64,000 bases of DNA. Origin: Octopus sinensis. Lineage: Eukaryota. This document shows positions 37,087-48,741 of the stretch, one piece after another. The stretch is from contig NC_043018.1 of the NCBI RefSeq assembly GCF_006345805.1, positions 26,970,001-27,034,000 of the forward strand. Reading direction: 5' to 3'. Position numbers and translations under genes: made by a program. The notes beneath the pieces were generated by a model that was given only the letters and a program-made list of their open reading frames with translations, made no database searches and had not been told where the DNA came from. How positions within the stretch are numbered: the first letter of the stretch is position 1; each line of letters begins with the position of its first letter.

Positions 37087-38210
37087 AATAATGAAGGGTG
37101 AAATTAATTAATTTGGAATAATTATCAATTACACCAAGTAGTCTTCGGCATGTAAAAGCCTCATTCGAGGAAAATTTAAGTAATACTAAGCAATAAAGGG
37201 TTTAGCAACGAATTGCCTTACCACATACCGAATTTAGAAATAGCAGTCAAAGAGTTATAGCTATTTCTTCTACTAAAAAGGGAGATCTCAGTAAAAACAG
37301 CAATTGGAAGGCAGACACAAACAGGTAAGAGAGAATGAATTGACGGCAATCTATCATACAATTTTAAGTTATCTACGGACGTACGTTTCGAAATCAAGTT
37401 TTTAGGAAAGCATAAGAATTAAATATTAAATATTAAATATTAAATAATTCTATCTCACCAAAACTTCTTTTCTCTTCAGCGTAGAATACTATAATCATAA
37501 ATGATTATATATTGAATTTTGAGATACTAGAAGGCACCAACTCAACTCAGTATCAGAGCGAGCTAGAATCCGCAACTAGTATCACCAAACTCAATGTTTG
37601 AATGAAAAGATTGTGTCACCATCCCCTTCCCACCCGCGTGTAGCCAAAACAAGATGCTGTGGTTATCTACTGAGATAAAATATGGTTATCCGTAATAATG
37701 AAGGGTGAAATTAATTAATTTGGAATAATTATCAATTACACCAAGTAGTCTTCGGCATGTAAAAGCCTCATTCGAGGAAAATTTAAGTAATACTAAGCAA
37801 TAAAGGGTTTAGCAACGAATTGCCTTACCACATACCGAATTTAGAAATAGCAGTCAAAGAGTTATAGCTATTTCTTCTACTAAAAAGGGAGATCTCAGTA
37901 AAAACAGCAATTGGAAGGCAGACACAAACAGGTAAGAGAGAATGAATTGACGGCAATCTATCATACAATTTTAATTCTTATGCTTTCCTAAAAACTTGAT
38001 TTCGAAACGTACGTCCGTAGATAACTTAAAATTGTATGATAGATTGCCGTCAATTCATTCTCTCTTACCTGTTTGTGTCTGCCTTCCAATTGCTGTTTTT
38101 ACTGAGATCTCCCTTTTTAGTAGAAGAAATAGCTATAACTCTTTGACTGCTATTTCTAAATTCGGTATGTGGTAAGGCAATTCGTTGCTAAACCCTTTAT
38201 TGCTTAGTAT
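37083..38210. mobile_element. Penelope-type terminal repeat cluster: direct + direct + inverted copies
   Basis: 37083-37370 is repeated at 37690-37975 and immediately followed by an inverted copy (37970-38210); (TA)n flanks both ends. Confidence 0.75.
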
Positions 38211-38223
38211 ATATATATATATC

Positions 38224-38310
<87 letters not shown>

Positions 38311-38449
38311 AGGTAAGCCGACAGAGAGATAGAGATAAATACATAAATTGCTAGATAAGTGAATACATTCATATACATTTTTTTTTCTGTGTGTTTAGCT
38401 AGCTATACCAGTAGGCATGTGTATTATATAATATAGATTTAAAATTTTG

Positions 38450-38635
38450 GCACAAGGACAGCAATTTCGGAGCAGTGGGTAAGTCGGTGACATGGACTTT
38501 GGTGCTCAGCTGGGTTTTATTTTATCGACCCCTAAAGGGATAAAAAGCAAATTTGACCTCGGTGGAATTTGAACTCAGAACGTCAAGACGGAAGCATTTA
38601 GCTCGGCGCGGCAATGATTCTGTCAGCTCGCCTCC
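38450..38635 (-). mobile_element. SINE family C, degenerate
   Basis: ATCGACCCC.AAAGG...GACCTCGGTGGAATTTGAACTCAGAACGT...CTGTCAGCTCGCC. Confidence 0.8.
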
Positions 38636-39222
38636 TTTCTATTTATTATCATATATTAACAGAAAAAAGAAGATTATCAATAAACAAATAAATAAAGATT
38701 TGTATTTTGTTGAGAAAGTAAAAGAAATAAAAGACTATGTAATTATCATAATAATAATTATCATAGTTTATTACGTCATGCCCTGTTCTTTGAATATTTG
38801 CCAGGGTTCACATCACTATTTGTAGGGGTCGTCCTTCTGTCGTTCTTTAACTGCTCCCTGCCAAACTTTGACAGTCATTTTAATGACTTTGTTTTGATGT
38901 TCTAATTATCGTCTGCCATCCTTTCGTTTCACACGTAACAATGTTTGTCTCTTTTGCTCTCATGTGTCACACAATAACTGTAACGCCCTTTCAAATTGTT
39001 TCATTTTTGCTTCATTTTTCTATTCTATTCTTCTCTTTATTCTAAAATCGTTAAAAGGGGGTCGAGAAAGACGTCTTCTTTTGAATCGTTAACAGGAAAA
39101 ACTTCGGTTAAGTTCAGTTGGTGTCAGGAGTTGTGCAGGGTCTTCATAAATTATTGTATCATATAGATGTGTTGCGTGAAACCCAATGGAGTCCACATAC
39201 AAGTATTCTGATGTTTCTAATA

Positions 39223-39593
39223 ACTGCCACTCCGTCGGTTACGACGAGGGCTCCAATTCATCAATGGCGTAGCATGAAAGGGGCGGATGGGACGGTCCGC
39301 CCTCGGTGGGGTGGGGCTCTTTAATGGGGGTGGTACCACTTGTGGGCCTACTGTAGGCAATATGTATTTTTTGTGGGGGCCCGGAGGCGGTAAACTGAAG
39401 GGCCACCCCGGGCAGCACACACTCTAGCTACGCCAGTGCAATTGATCCGATCAACGGAACAGCTTGCTCGTGAGATTAACATCCAAGTGCCTGAGAACTT
39501 TACAGACCCTTAAAGTGTTTTGCTCAAGGACGCAAGGCGCTTCCACGAATCGAACTCACGACCTTTATGTCGATGAGAAATACCCTAACCACT
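39223..39593 (-). mobile_element. SINE family B, interrupted by a hAT-like MITE
   Basis: CACTCCGTCGGTTACGACGAGGG...GATCCGATCAACGGAACAGC...TGCTCAAGGAC...CCCTAACCACT is the reverse complement of 48742-49062. Confidence 0.75.
39262..39438. mobile_element. hAT-like MITE (177 bp)
   Basis: TIRs CAATGGCGTAGC / GCTACGCCAGTG; 8-bp TSD CAATTCAT (39254-39261) vs CAATTGAT (39439-39446). Confidence 0.8.
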
Positions 39594-39639
39594 GTTTCTA
39601 ATAAAACTTTATTTGTTTATCTTTTATCTTTTATTTATT

Positions 39640-39914
39640 TCAGTCATTAGATTGTGGCCATGCTGGGGCACCACCTTAAAGAATTTTTAGCCGAATGAAT
39701 CGATACTAGCATTTATCCTTTCTTTTAAGCCTGTTACTTATTTTATCGATCTATTTTGCCGAACCGCTAAGTTGCGAGGACGTAAACGCACCAACACCGG
39801 TCGTCAAGCGGGGGTAGGGGACAAACACAAACACAACTACACACACACACATAGACCGACAGAGAGACAGACAGCCAGACAGATAAATAGATAGATAAAT
39901 AGATAGATATATTT

Positions 39915-40013
<99 letters not shown>

Positions 40014-40673
40014 TGTTTCTTTATTAGCCACACAGGGCTGCACACAGATAGAACAAATTACAAGGTAGAGTTTTTCTTTTGAAGGTTTAAAAAAAAAAAG
40101 GAAGGGGGAGTTTCGATCAAAAGGGATCGTAAAAGGAGAGAAAGAGGACAAAAAAAGGGGGGTTAAAAAAAAGGGGGAGAGGAAAAAAAAATTGATCAAT
40201 AGGGATCGTTATCACAAAAATGTCAATATGAAATGTAAAGGGGAGGACAGGTGAGGTTTACTCGTGGAAAGAAAAGCCTACGGAAAAGACTACGGTAACC
40301 TCGGTCAATGGAGTCACATGTTATATTTCTTTTTTTTTTTTTTTTTTGCGAATAAGCAACTCTCTGTTTTCAATTTCTGGGTTCATAGGATCATGCTCAA
40401 GGTGGCTTCGTCATTCATACGTGCCATTCTTGCTACATTCACCCATCTTTTTTTAAAACATTCGCTAGACAAAACTTGCCTCTCTACTCTCACTTTCCTT
40501 TTCAAGTGGTACTTGAAGAAGTTGATGAGAGATTGACCAGAGAGGAAAGTGTTTGTCTCCAATCCTTTCAGACGCGTCCACCAGATACATTCTTTCGCCA
40601 TAGCCACAAGGATGATGAAAATAGCTCTTCCTTCCCGTTTGAAGGAAGGAGGCGTGACAATATCTATAGTTAG

Positions 40674-40758
<85 letters not shown>

Positions 40759-40907
40759 ACGGGCTTCTTTTAGCTTCCGCCTACCAAATCCACTTACAAG
40801 GCTTTGATCGGTCCGAGACCATAGTAGAAATACACTGGCCCAAGGTGCCATGAAGTGGGATTGAACTCGGAAGAAAACTTCTTACAACACAGCCTCTCCT
40901 GCTCCTA
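39640..40907 (-). mobile_element. SINE family A split inside its internal (GATA)n tract by a Tx1/L1 fragment
   Basis: 3' half at 39640-39880, 5' half at 40757-40907, (GATA)n at 39885-40013 and 40671-40757. Confidence 0.75.
40014..40665 (-). mobile_element. Tx1/L1-clade LINE 3' fragment (ORF2 C-terminus + 3' UTR)
   Basis: AMAKECIWWTRLKG......SLINFFKYHLKRKVRVER......FKKRW resembles the Tx1/L1 ORF2 C-terminus; ends AATAAAGAAACA followed by (ATCT)n. Confidence 0.7.
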
Positions 40908-41055
40908 AAAACGCTGCCGAGTTATTCTTATTTTAAAGTTTTTTTTCCTTCAGCGAGGTTTTCAAATTGTAACGCTAATTTACGGACAGCCTGTGTTTTG
41001 GAACAGAAGATAAGAGACATCAGTGGTGAAGCGTGGTAGCCCGCTGTCATGGTCG

Positions 41056-41116
41056 TCGTCAGCGTCTACTACTACTACTACTACTACTGCTACTACTGCT
41101 ACTGCTACTGCTGCTG

Positions 41117-41195
<79 letters not shown>

Positions 41196-41197
41196 CA

Positions 41198-41235
<38 letters not shown>

Positions 41236-41242
41236 ACTGCTA

Positions 41243-41275
<33 letters not shown>

Positions 41276-41281
41276 TTGCTG

Positions 41282-41321
<40 letters not shown>

Positions 41322-41461
41322 AGCTGCTGCTGCTGCTGCTACTACTACTGCTGCTGCTGCTGCCACTACTACTACCACTACTACTACTACTGCTGCTGCT
41401 GCTACTACTACTACTACTACTACTACTGCTGCTGCGGCTGCTGCTACTGCTGCTACTGCTA

Positions 41462-41505
<44 letters not shown>

Positions 41506-41518
41506 GCTGCTGTTGCTG

Positions 41519-41550
<32 letters not shown>

Positions 41551-41685
41551 GCTACTACTACTACTACTACTACTACTGCTGCTGTTGCTGCTGCTACTAC
41601 TACTACTACTACTACTACTACAGCTACTACTACTACAGCTGCTACTGCTGCTGCTACTACTACCGCTGCTGTTGCTGCTGCTGTC
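41056..41685. repeat. ~630-bp compound (CTA)n/(CTG)n trinucleotide array
   Basis: Directly visible; produces poly-T/A, poly-L, poly-Y/C, poly-V and poly-S pseudo-ORFs. Confidence 0.97.
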
Positions 41686-42094
41686 GAAAATCTTTTCCCA
41701 AGTAAAGGAAGCATGATTTTTCTTGAAACGGAGTGACCCAAATTCTTTCTGTGATTGCAAAGATTAAATTTCTTTTGCGTATGAAAGTTATTAATCGAAA
41801 TCTACATACAAACATTCTCTCGTTCTTCATTTATATACAGAGAAAGAAAGAAAGACAACGACTTAGCGTTGGCACCGGCCCAGGATCGAAACAACGCTGG
41901 ATGAGACTGATTGTACTTTCGGCCTTAGTAGCCAGAAATAAAACAGTTTCTGATAATTTCAAGAAATAATCACAATGCTTCGAGATATAATTTCTTGTCT
42001 TGGCTTGATTTGGCTTTGTGATTCCTGTCCTCTTGCTTTTACTCTCCATCCCCCTCTCTCTCTCTCCCCATCTCTTTCTCTTTATTTTACGCAT

Positions 42095-42270
42095 AGGCGC
42101 AGGAGTGGCTGTGTGGTAAGTAGCTTGTTTACCAACCACATGGTTCCGGGTTCAGTCTCACTGCGTGGCACCTTGGGCAAGTGTCTTCTACTATAGCCTC
42201 GGGCCGACCAAAGCCTTGTGAGTGGATTTGGTAGACGGAAACTGAAAGAAGCCCGTCGTATATATGTATG

Positions 42271-42337
<67 letters not shown>

Positions 42338-42545
42338 TTGTGTGTGTCTGTATTTGTCCCCCTAGCATTGCTTGACAACCGATGCTGGTGTGTTTATGTC
42401 CCCGTTACTTAGCGGTTCGGCAAAAGAGACCGATAGAATAAGTACTGGGCTTACAATAAAGAATAAGTCTCGGGGTCGAGTTGCTCGATTAAAGGCGGTG
42501 CTCCAGCATGGTCGCAGTCAAATGACTGAAACAAGTAAAAGAGTA
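42095..42545 (+). mobile_element. SINE family A, full-length reference copy
   Basis: tRNA-like head (TGGCTGTGTGGTAAG; GGGTTCAGTCT), body GGGCAAGTGTCTTCT...GAAAGAAGCCCGTCG, internal (TG)n, tail GACTGAAACAAGTAAAAGAGTA. Confidence 0.93.
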
Positions 42546-42549
42546 TACC

Positions 42550-43015
42550 TACTTTTTTTTGTCTGTCTGTTTGCCTATATCCATGTAGCGGCATACCTAC
42601 ACAATTGTGCCTCACCGATTTTCACCACCTCATAACTTTCAGAAAAATGAATATTTTTCAATGAAATTTTCTACAAATAAGCTTCAAGATGGTGTAGATT
42701 CTGATTATATCGGAACTTGTAGCAGAATAGTATTTTTCGGGAGGTGGGGGAGAAGAGTTTCAAAAAATTCTTCATAACTTTCAGAAGAAAGAAGAAATGA
42801 ATATAGACTTTTTTCTATTCCAAGAAAAACAATTTTTTACAAATGCACGTTCCCACGGCTTTATCGATTGCATTCTCACCTGGAATCGATTTTTGTAATT
42901 TTTTGAAGACTTATACACGCCCTGATACCATCGGTATCTACATATCAAATTTGAGCGCAATCGGATACAGGATGCCCGAGATCACTGACAGACAGAACGG
43001 ATTTTATATAATAGA
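42550..43015 (-). mobile_element. Possible non-autonomous Helitron/DINE-1-like element
   Basis: Minus strand begins A^TCTATTATATAAAATCCGTTCTGTCTGTC, a Helitron-like 5' end; I found no clear 3' CTAG or hairpin. Confidence 0.45.
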
Positions 43016-43143
43016 TATTTACTGTTAACAAATGCCGGGGTGCATGGCGTTCAGTTACTCAATAAACGAAAAATGTATTACATACTACAAAACGTACACG
43101 TAGGACAGACACAGAAGGACCCTAATTCTTCACCAGTTATATA

Positions 43144-43709
43144 TTGAGTTGTCCGGAAAGTTCGTGACGATTTTTAAAGGAAAGAGAAAGGTCAATAGAT
43201 ACTTGCCATTGCATTTTTAATCAACCAAATATGAAACATTTTGTTGCACAATGCGTGTCCATCTTTCCTTTAACTTGAAAATACCCTCTTCCCAGAATTG
43301 AGGTGGTTTCATGGCAAAGAATTCATCAAGGTATCTTTTTACGTCATCCAAGGAATGTACATTTTTACCATTAAGACTATTCTACAGAGACCTGAATAAG
43401 TGGAAATCCGAAGGCGCAATATCTGGTGAATATGGAGGGTGGGGTAACACATCCCAGCCGAGCTGCAGCAATTTTTGTCTGGTTCCCAAAACATCAAGTG
43501 CCGAAAATGAACTTTCTTATCTTGCATTTTAAAGGGTTACAGAATTAACACAGGTTATAGGAACATAAACTTTCTTCCATGAAAAGATAGCGTAAACTGT
43601 GCTCTAAATGACAGTGTAGTCAAATCCTATTTTATGGACTCAACCATGTTCTAAAATAAGTCGAAAGGTAAGCTACTATACATCGGCATGAACTTTCCGG
43701 ACAACCCAA
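43144..43709 (-). mobile_element. Internally deleted mariner (566 bp)
   Basis: TIRs TTGAGTTGTCCGGAAAGTTC / GAACTTTCCGGACAACCCAA with TA TSDs; minus strand encodes LGWDVLPHPPYSPDIAPSDFHLFRSL. Confidence 0.9.
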
Positions 43710-43804
43710 TATATATATATATATACATCTGCATATTGTTCCGTCGCCAGTCTTTGTGCTTTGTTTTTTGTACATTGAAACTATATATATATATATATAT
43801 ATAT

Positions 43805-44054
43805 GAGTTCATTGCTAAACTTCGCTAAGATAAATATTTCAATTACCTGAAGATTGACTGTAACCATAACTCGAATTATTACGAATTGTACAGCCATGAA
43901 ACGAACGTAGTGTTTTACTCTTTATCTTTTATTAAACTTTTAATACTTTTGATATATATTTAAAATAATATTAATTAATTAATTAATTTTATGTATTGGC
44001 TTATGTTTTTCATTGTTTGATTTGCCTAATAGTGGTTTTATCTCTAATTTAATA

Positions 44055-44055
<1 letters not shown>
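43805..44055 (+). mobile_element. Penelope-like pLTR fragment with a hammerhead-like motif
   Basis: CTGAAGA (43847)...TGACTGTA/TACAGCCA stem...GAAA-CGAACGT-A; AT-rich tail ending at (TA)n. The tail also occurs inverted at about 4940-5000. Confidence 0.55.
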
Positions 44056-44118
<63 letters not shown>

Positions 44119-44125
44119 AGTTCGC

Positions 44126-44167
<42 letters not shown>

Positions 44168-44179
44168 AGTTCAAATGTA

Positions 44180-44935
44180 TACACGTGATGGTATCAAAAG
44201 TTGCGGAACGAGTTCTGTAGCGCACCAACAATAGGCAGCAAATCAGCAAATGGTTGTGTGCGCCGTGAGAGCTTGCAGTGACCTTCATGAAACGGTGTGC
44301 AGAGGGAGATTGGTGTGTTTACTTCGCAAGCTGTGAAATCAGTGTTATTGTGATCACGTGTATGCTGTGGTCTGGGATTTTTGTCATGGACAGAAAGCTG
44401 GAACAAAGAGCTGACGTGAAATTTTGCGTTAAACTTATTTCTTTATTTCTTTACTGCCCACAAGGGGCTACACACGGAGTGGACAAACAAAGAGAGACAA
44501 AGGGATTAAGTCGATTATATCGACCCCAGTGCGTAATTGGTACTTATTTAATCGACTTCGAAAGGATGAAAGGCAAGGTCGACCTTGGTGGAATTTGAAC
44601 TCAGGACGTAGCGGCAGACAAAATGCCGCTAAACATTTTGCCCGGCGTGCTAACGTTTCTGCCAGCTCACCGCCTTTTTGTGTTAAACTTGGGAAGTCTG
44701 CAACAGAGAAATTGAACATGCTTCGTCAAGCTTACGGCGACGAGGCAATGGGTTGTACGCCATGTTTCGAGTGGCACGGACCCTTCAAAAGCGGAAGAAC
44801 GTCCATGGAAGATGATGAGCGATTTGGAAGTCCTGCCACGAGCGTCACCCCCGGAAATGTGGGGAAAATTCGTCAGTTGGTGCATGAAAATCGTCGGAGG
44901 CAAAAAAACGATGTTTTGAAGTGCTTGAGAGAGGA
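44180..44935 (+). mobile_element. Mariner 5' fragment (TIR + HTH domain) interrupted by SINE C
   Basis: MDRKLEQRADVKFCVKL | GKSATEKLNMLRQAYGDEAMG....FEW...FKSGRTSMEDDER.GSP; the reading frame is restored when the SINE is removed. Confidence 0.88.
44437..44675 (-). mobile_element. SINE family C, full-length monomer with 15-bp TSD
   Basis: TTTTGCGTTAAACTT (44422-44436) and TTTTGTGTTAAACTT (44676-44690). Confidence 0.92.
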
Positions 44936-45793
44936 CATTCGAACACAAAGATACCCCCCCACACACACACACACACGACAAACTTCTTTCAATTTCCGTC
45001 TACCAAATCCACATGCAAGACTTAGGTCGACCCGATGTTATAGTAGGAGACACTTGCCGAAGGTGTCACGCAGTGGGATTGAACCGGGAACCACGTGGTT
45101 GGGAAAGCAAGCTTCTGATCACACAGTCCACGCCTGCTTTGTTTACATTCACTTAACTTAGCTTTTCGGCAAAAGAGACTAATAAGAATAAATAGCAGAC
45201 TTTAAAAAAGAATGAAGAAATGTTGTCAGTTTGTTCGATTAAGCACTTTAAGGCGGAGCCCCAATATGACCGCACTCCTATAACTGAAACAAGTGTAAAG
45301 AAAGACAAGGGAAATGCATTTATGGATGTTTGTTGATAACCAAAAGTCAAGGATGAATCAGGAATCATTACGCCAAACGTAATTAGTTTAATATATTCTT
45401 ATCAGGTGTTGTTACTGTCTGTTGTGGAATAAACAAACATAATTGCTTTATGAACTTGTAGTACAACATCGCCACCTCATAAAACACCTTCTTAAAATTT
45501 ACAACAGTCGAGTAGCGAACTATTATCCATTATATATTGCAAAGGCTTGTTATTTTCTTTTTACGTTTTATTATGAAGGTATTTGTTATGTCATGTTTAC
45601 TGTTAAGATTGCCTATGAAATAAAAATAAATAAATAAATAACAAACTAGCATTAAAAGAGAATAGTTATGGTGAAGTTTTGCATGATATTACGAAAAATA
45701 ATTTGTGAGGTAAAGCCAAAACAATGCAAGATGAAATACGAAGTAAACTACAAGAAAGGAAAAGAGAACCACATTTGGAATATTATCTTATAT

Positions 45794-45830
45794 TTCAATA
45801 TTTCGGGGCAATGATCCCTTCTTCAGGACG
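45794..45830 (-). ncRNA. Minimal type-I hammerhead-like motif with canonical core
   Basis: Minus strand CGTC-CTGAAGA-A-GGG atcattg CCC-C-GAAA-TAT-T-GA; palindromic ATAT stem III; stem I is weak (2 bp). Confidence 0.45.
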
Positions 45831-46414
45831 TGGGAAAATGAGAGATGGAGTAAGCCGTTGCTATCATCTGAGCAACGAATTATTTCATCTTCATTTCTCA
45901 TAAAAGACACTGGTAAAGTATAATATACAAACACATATACACGGACAGGGGACACACATACTAAACCCATCATACACGCACATGCGCATACGCAGATGAA
46001 GATACACGGAACAGAAGGACTAAATGGAATAAGCGGGACAAGGGAAGACATGCGGGACAGAGTGCCGCTGAAGAAGTCACAGAATGTGTGACGAAGAACC
46101 ATGACAGACGTATAAGCTAAAAATAAAACGAATAAAAACTGAAGGTCAAATAAATAGTGCGTGTGTTTAACTGGCAAAAAAATGACCTTAACCACGAAGA
46201 ACGGTATAGAAATATTAGGTAAAACTCCAAAATGTTCTGTTTCTCTTTTCTGGTGGTTTACTTTGTATTTCATCTCGCATTATTTGGGTTTAATCTTACA
46301 AGTTAATCTAGAAAAAAAAAACTATCATTTTTTTCTAGTATCGGTTGTGAAGCGGTAGTGGTGGTGGTGGTGGAAACAGCACAAACACGCACACACACAC
46401 ACACACACCACACA

Positions 46415-46462
<48 letters not shown>

Positions 46463-46496
46463 ACACATGCGCGCACAGACACACAAACAAACGTTA

Positions 46497-46728
46497 GGCG
46501 GCGAGATGGCAGAAACGTTAGCACGCCGGGCGAAATGCGTAGCCGTATTTCGTCTACCGTTACGTTCTGAGTTCAAATTCCGCCGAGGTCGACTTTACTT
46601 TTCATCCTTTCGGGGTCGATTAAATAAGTACCAGTTACGCACTGTGGTCGATATAATCGACTTAATCCGTTTGTCTGTCCTTGTTTGTCCTCTCTGTGTT
46701 TAGCCGCTTGTGGGTAGTAAAGAAATAG
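46497..46728 (+). mobile_element. SINE family C, full-length reference monomer
   Basis: GGCGGCGAGATGGCAGAAACGTTAG...GAGTTCAAATTCC...GGGGTCGATTAAATAAGTACCAG...GTGGGTAGTAAAGAAATAG. Confidence 0.92.
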
Positions 46729-47636
46729 ATTAAATGTTTGCGGTATATTTTAACGTCTAACGGCAGTTTCACTGCAGTTTACTGTTGTGGAGAAGAAATT
46801 CTCACTTATGCTAAAAGGTGTAGTAGATATTAGCACAGTAGCGCCCTCTATTGGACCCCTCTATTGAAGCATTTCTGGCTCGTTATGCCTTCCTCAGTAG
46901 ACGATACCAAAGAGAGGTAACCATGAGCTGATTAGAGAGTCGTAGGTTTATAATGACCCATCAATACTAGTAACTGATTTTCGCTCGTCATACGCCCGGT
47001 CAGAACAAATACATAAATAATAGCGAGTCTGTTTACGTCAACAACAGAGAGATGCAAAAGATAGAGAAAAGGAATTAAATATCTTGGTAGGATAGACAGA
47101 AATTCATATGAATACCAGAGTGAGGCAGAATTGAACGCTTCTCATTCGATAAGTACACGACATCCACCATACTAGAGATGAAATTCTCTGGAAACACTGC
47201 CGAGGCCATTCGATTATATCTGAACTAGAACCCATCAGACACTTGCAAATGCTTGCTTTCGACCTTGAAACCGGTATCAGTATAGCTTTTGCTGCGCATG
47301 TGCAGGCGCTGGAAGTAGAACCTGTTGAACAGTAAATGTTGGAAGCTAAGCAGTTGTTCGTGGAGGAGTGATGGGTTAGATAGTTGCTGATGAAGGAGCA
47401 AAACGCCTGAAGTATGGCATATACGCCTATTAACCATTTTTTAAATCTCTGATCACATTGCTTACATCTAGCTATAATTTCTCTAGAATATCTATAGAGG
47501 TAACCTTATCTAAAACAGTGGTTCTCAACCGGGATCCATATAGCCCTTTAAGGGTCCACATAAGATTTTGTTATTAAAAATTATGTGCAAAAAAATCGGT
47601 TATACTTCTACGATGCATAAAATATTCTTTTCTACT

Positions 47637-48348
47637 CTAGGCACAAGGCCCAATATATTTTGGAGAGGGGTCAGTCGATTAGATCGATCTCAGTACACAG
47701 CTGGTACTTCATTTTTTTTGAAGTCAAATTTATCGACCTCGAAAAAAATGAAAGGCAAAGTCGACCTCGGCGGAATTTGAACTCAGAACGTAACGACAGA
47801 CGAAATACCGGTTAACATTTCGCCGGCGTGCTAACGTTTCTTATTTCTTTACTGCCCACAAGGGGCTACACACAGAGGGGACAAACAAGGACAGAAAAAT
47901 GGATTAAGTCGATTATATTTATCCCAGTGTGTTAGTTAGTTAATTAGTTAATTATTTGGCTCAAAAAGCAAAAAGCAAGGCCATGTAGGGGGACATGGAG
48001 TTATGTACAGGGTGGTGTTCATGTAAAGAGTTCAGGCCACTTGTGGTCAAGGGAGACTTTGAACCGAGCGGTCGTCGGCATCTTCACCATCTCGTCTGGC
48101 AGCTTATTCCACAGATCCGCAACCCGGACGGAAAAAGCCCCTCTCCTTCGATTGAGATGAAATCGTCGCAGATAGAGCTTTTCGGAATGACCCCGCAGCC
48201 TACGCTCTGGAGCAGGAGTGAAGAACAGCTCTTTCGAGAGGTTACACTTTCCGCTTATGTGTGTAACTGGTACTTATTTAATCGACCCCGAAAGGATAAA
48301 AGGCAAAGTCGACCTCGGCGGAATTTGAACTCAGAACGTAGCGGCAGA
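47637..48348 (-). mobile_element. Multimeric SINE C interrupted by a CR1 3' fragment
   Basis: SINE sequence stops at CCCAGTG (about 47929) and resumes at GTAACTGGTACTTATTTAATCG (about 48263). Confidence 0.8.
47930..48260 (-). mobile_element. CR1 LINE 3' fragment
   Basis: Minus strand RLRGHSEKLYLRRFHLNRRRGLFSVRVADLWNKLPDEMV...FKVSLD; 3' UTR ends in a (TAAC)n-like tail. Confidence 0.85.
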
Positions 48349-48741
48349 AAGAGGTCTGTTTATGATCGTTTGTTGGGGTGGGGGCGCTAAGAATTTGGTC
48401 TTGGTGTCAAGGGGACAGCAGCCCGAAAATGTTTGGGAACCACTGTCATAGAGGAATTCGGGGTAACAAAAGAAAGGAACAGAAAAATTCATTGACATGA
48501 CACCAGGAAAATCATGCTTAAAAAAATACCGAAAATAACCTCAATGTGCACTGAGGTGCATTTTACGAAGAACGCTATAATTATAAATTTTATAATTAAA
48601 AGCATTCTTAATGAGTATTCACGCGTAATCATGTTTTTTTAAATTTGTTCTGCCCAATTTGTTCTTGATATTACATAATCATCCAATCTATTAAGAACAT
48701 CATATCTGTAATCTACCTCAAGTGTGTGAGTGGATAACGAG

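Noticed and set aside
37385-37420. Hammerhead in the 37-38 kb terminal repeats (TTCGAAACGTA on minus strand)
   Set aside because: GAAA and a palindromic ACGT are present but there is no CUGANGA-like core or stem II.
41840-41945. Possible host exon after a polypyrimidine-AG acceptor
   Set aside because: No convincing donor site or recognisable protein on either strand; cannot be supported without transcript data.
42095-42180. tRNA-like A/B boxes here and in other SINE heads as tRNA genes
   Set aside because: They continue into SINE bodies and tails and do not form a complete cloverleaf.
47384-47415. CTGATGA-AGG...CCT-GAAG as a hammerhead
   Set aside because: A15.1 is replaced by G, and no stem I, stem III or NUH site can be formed.
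47516-48445. Single hAT/Charlie MITE bounded by CAGTGGTTCTCAAC and TTTGGGAACCACTG
   Set aside because: The flanking 8-mers (ATCTAAAA vs TCATAGAG) do not match, so the two termini probably come from different copies.
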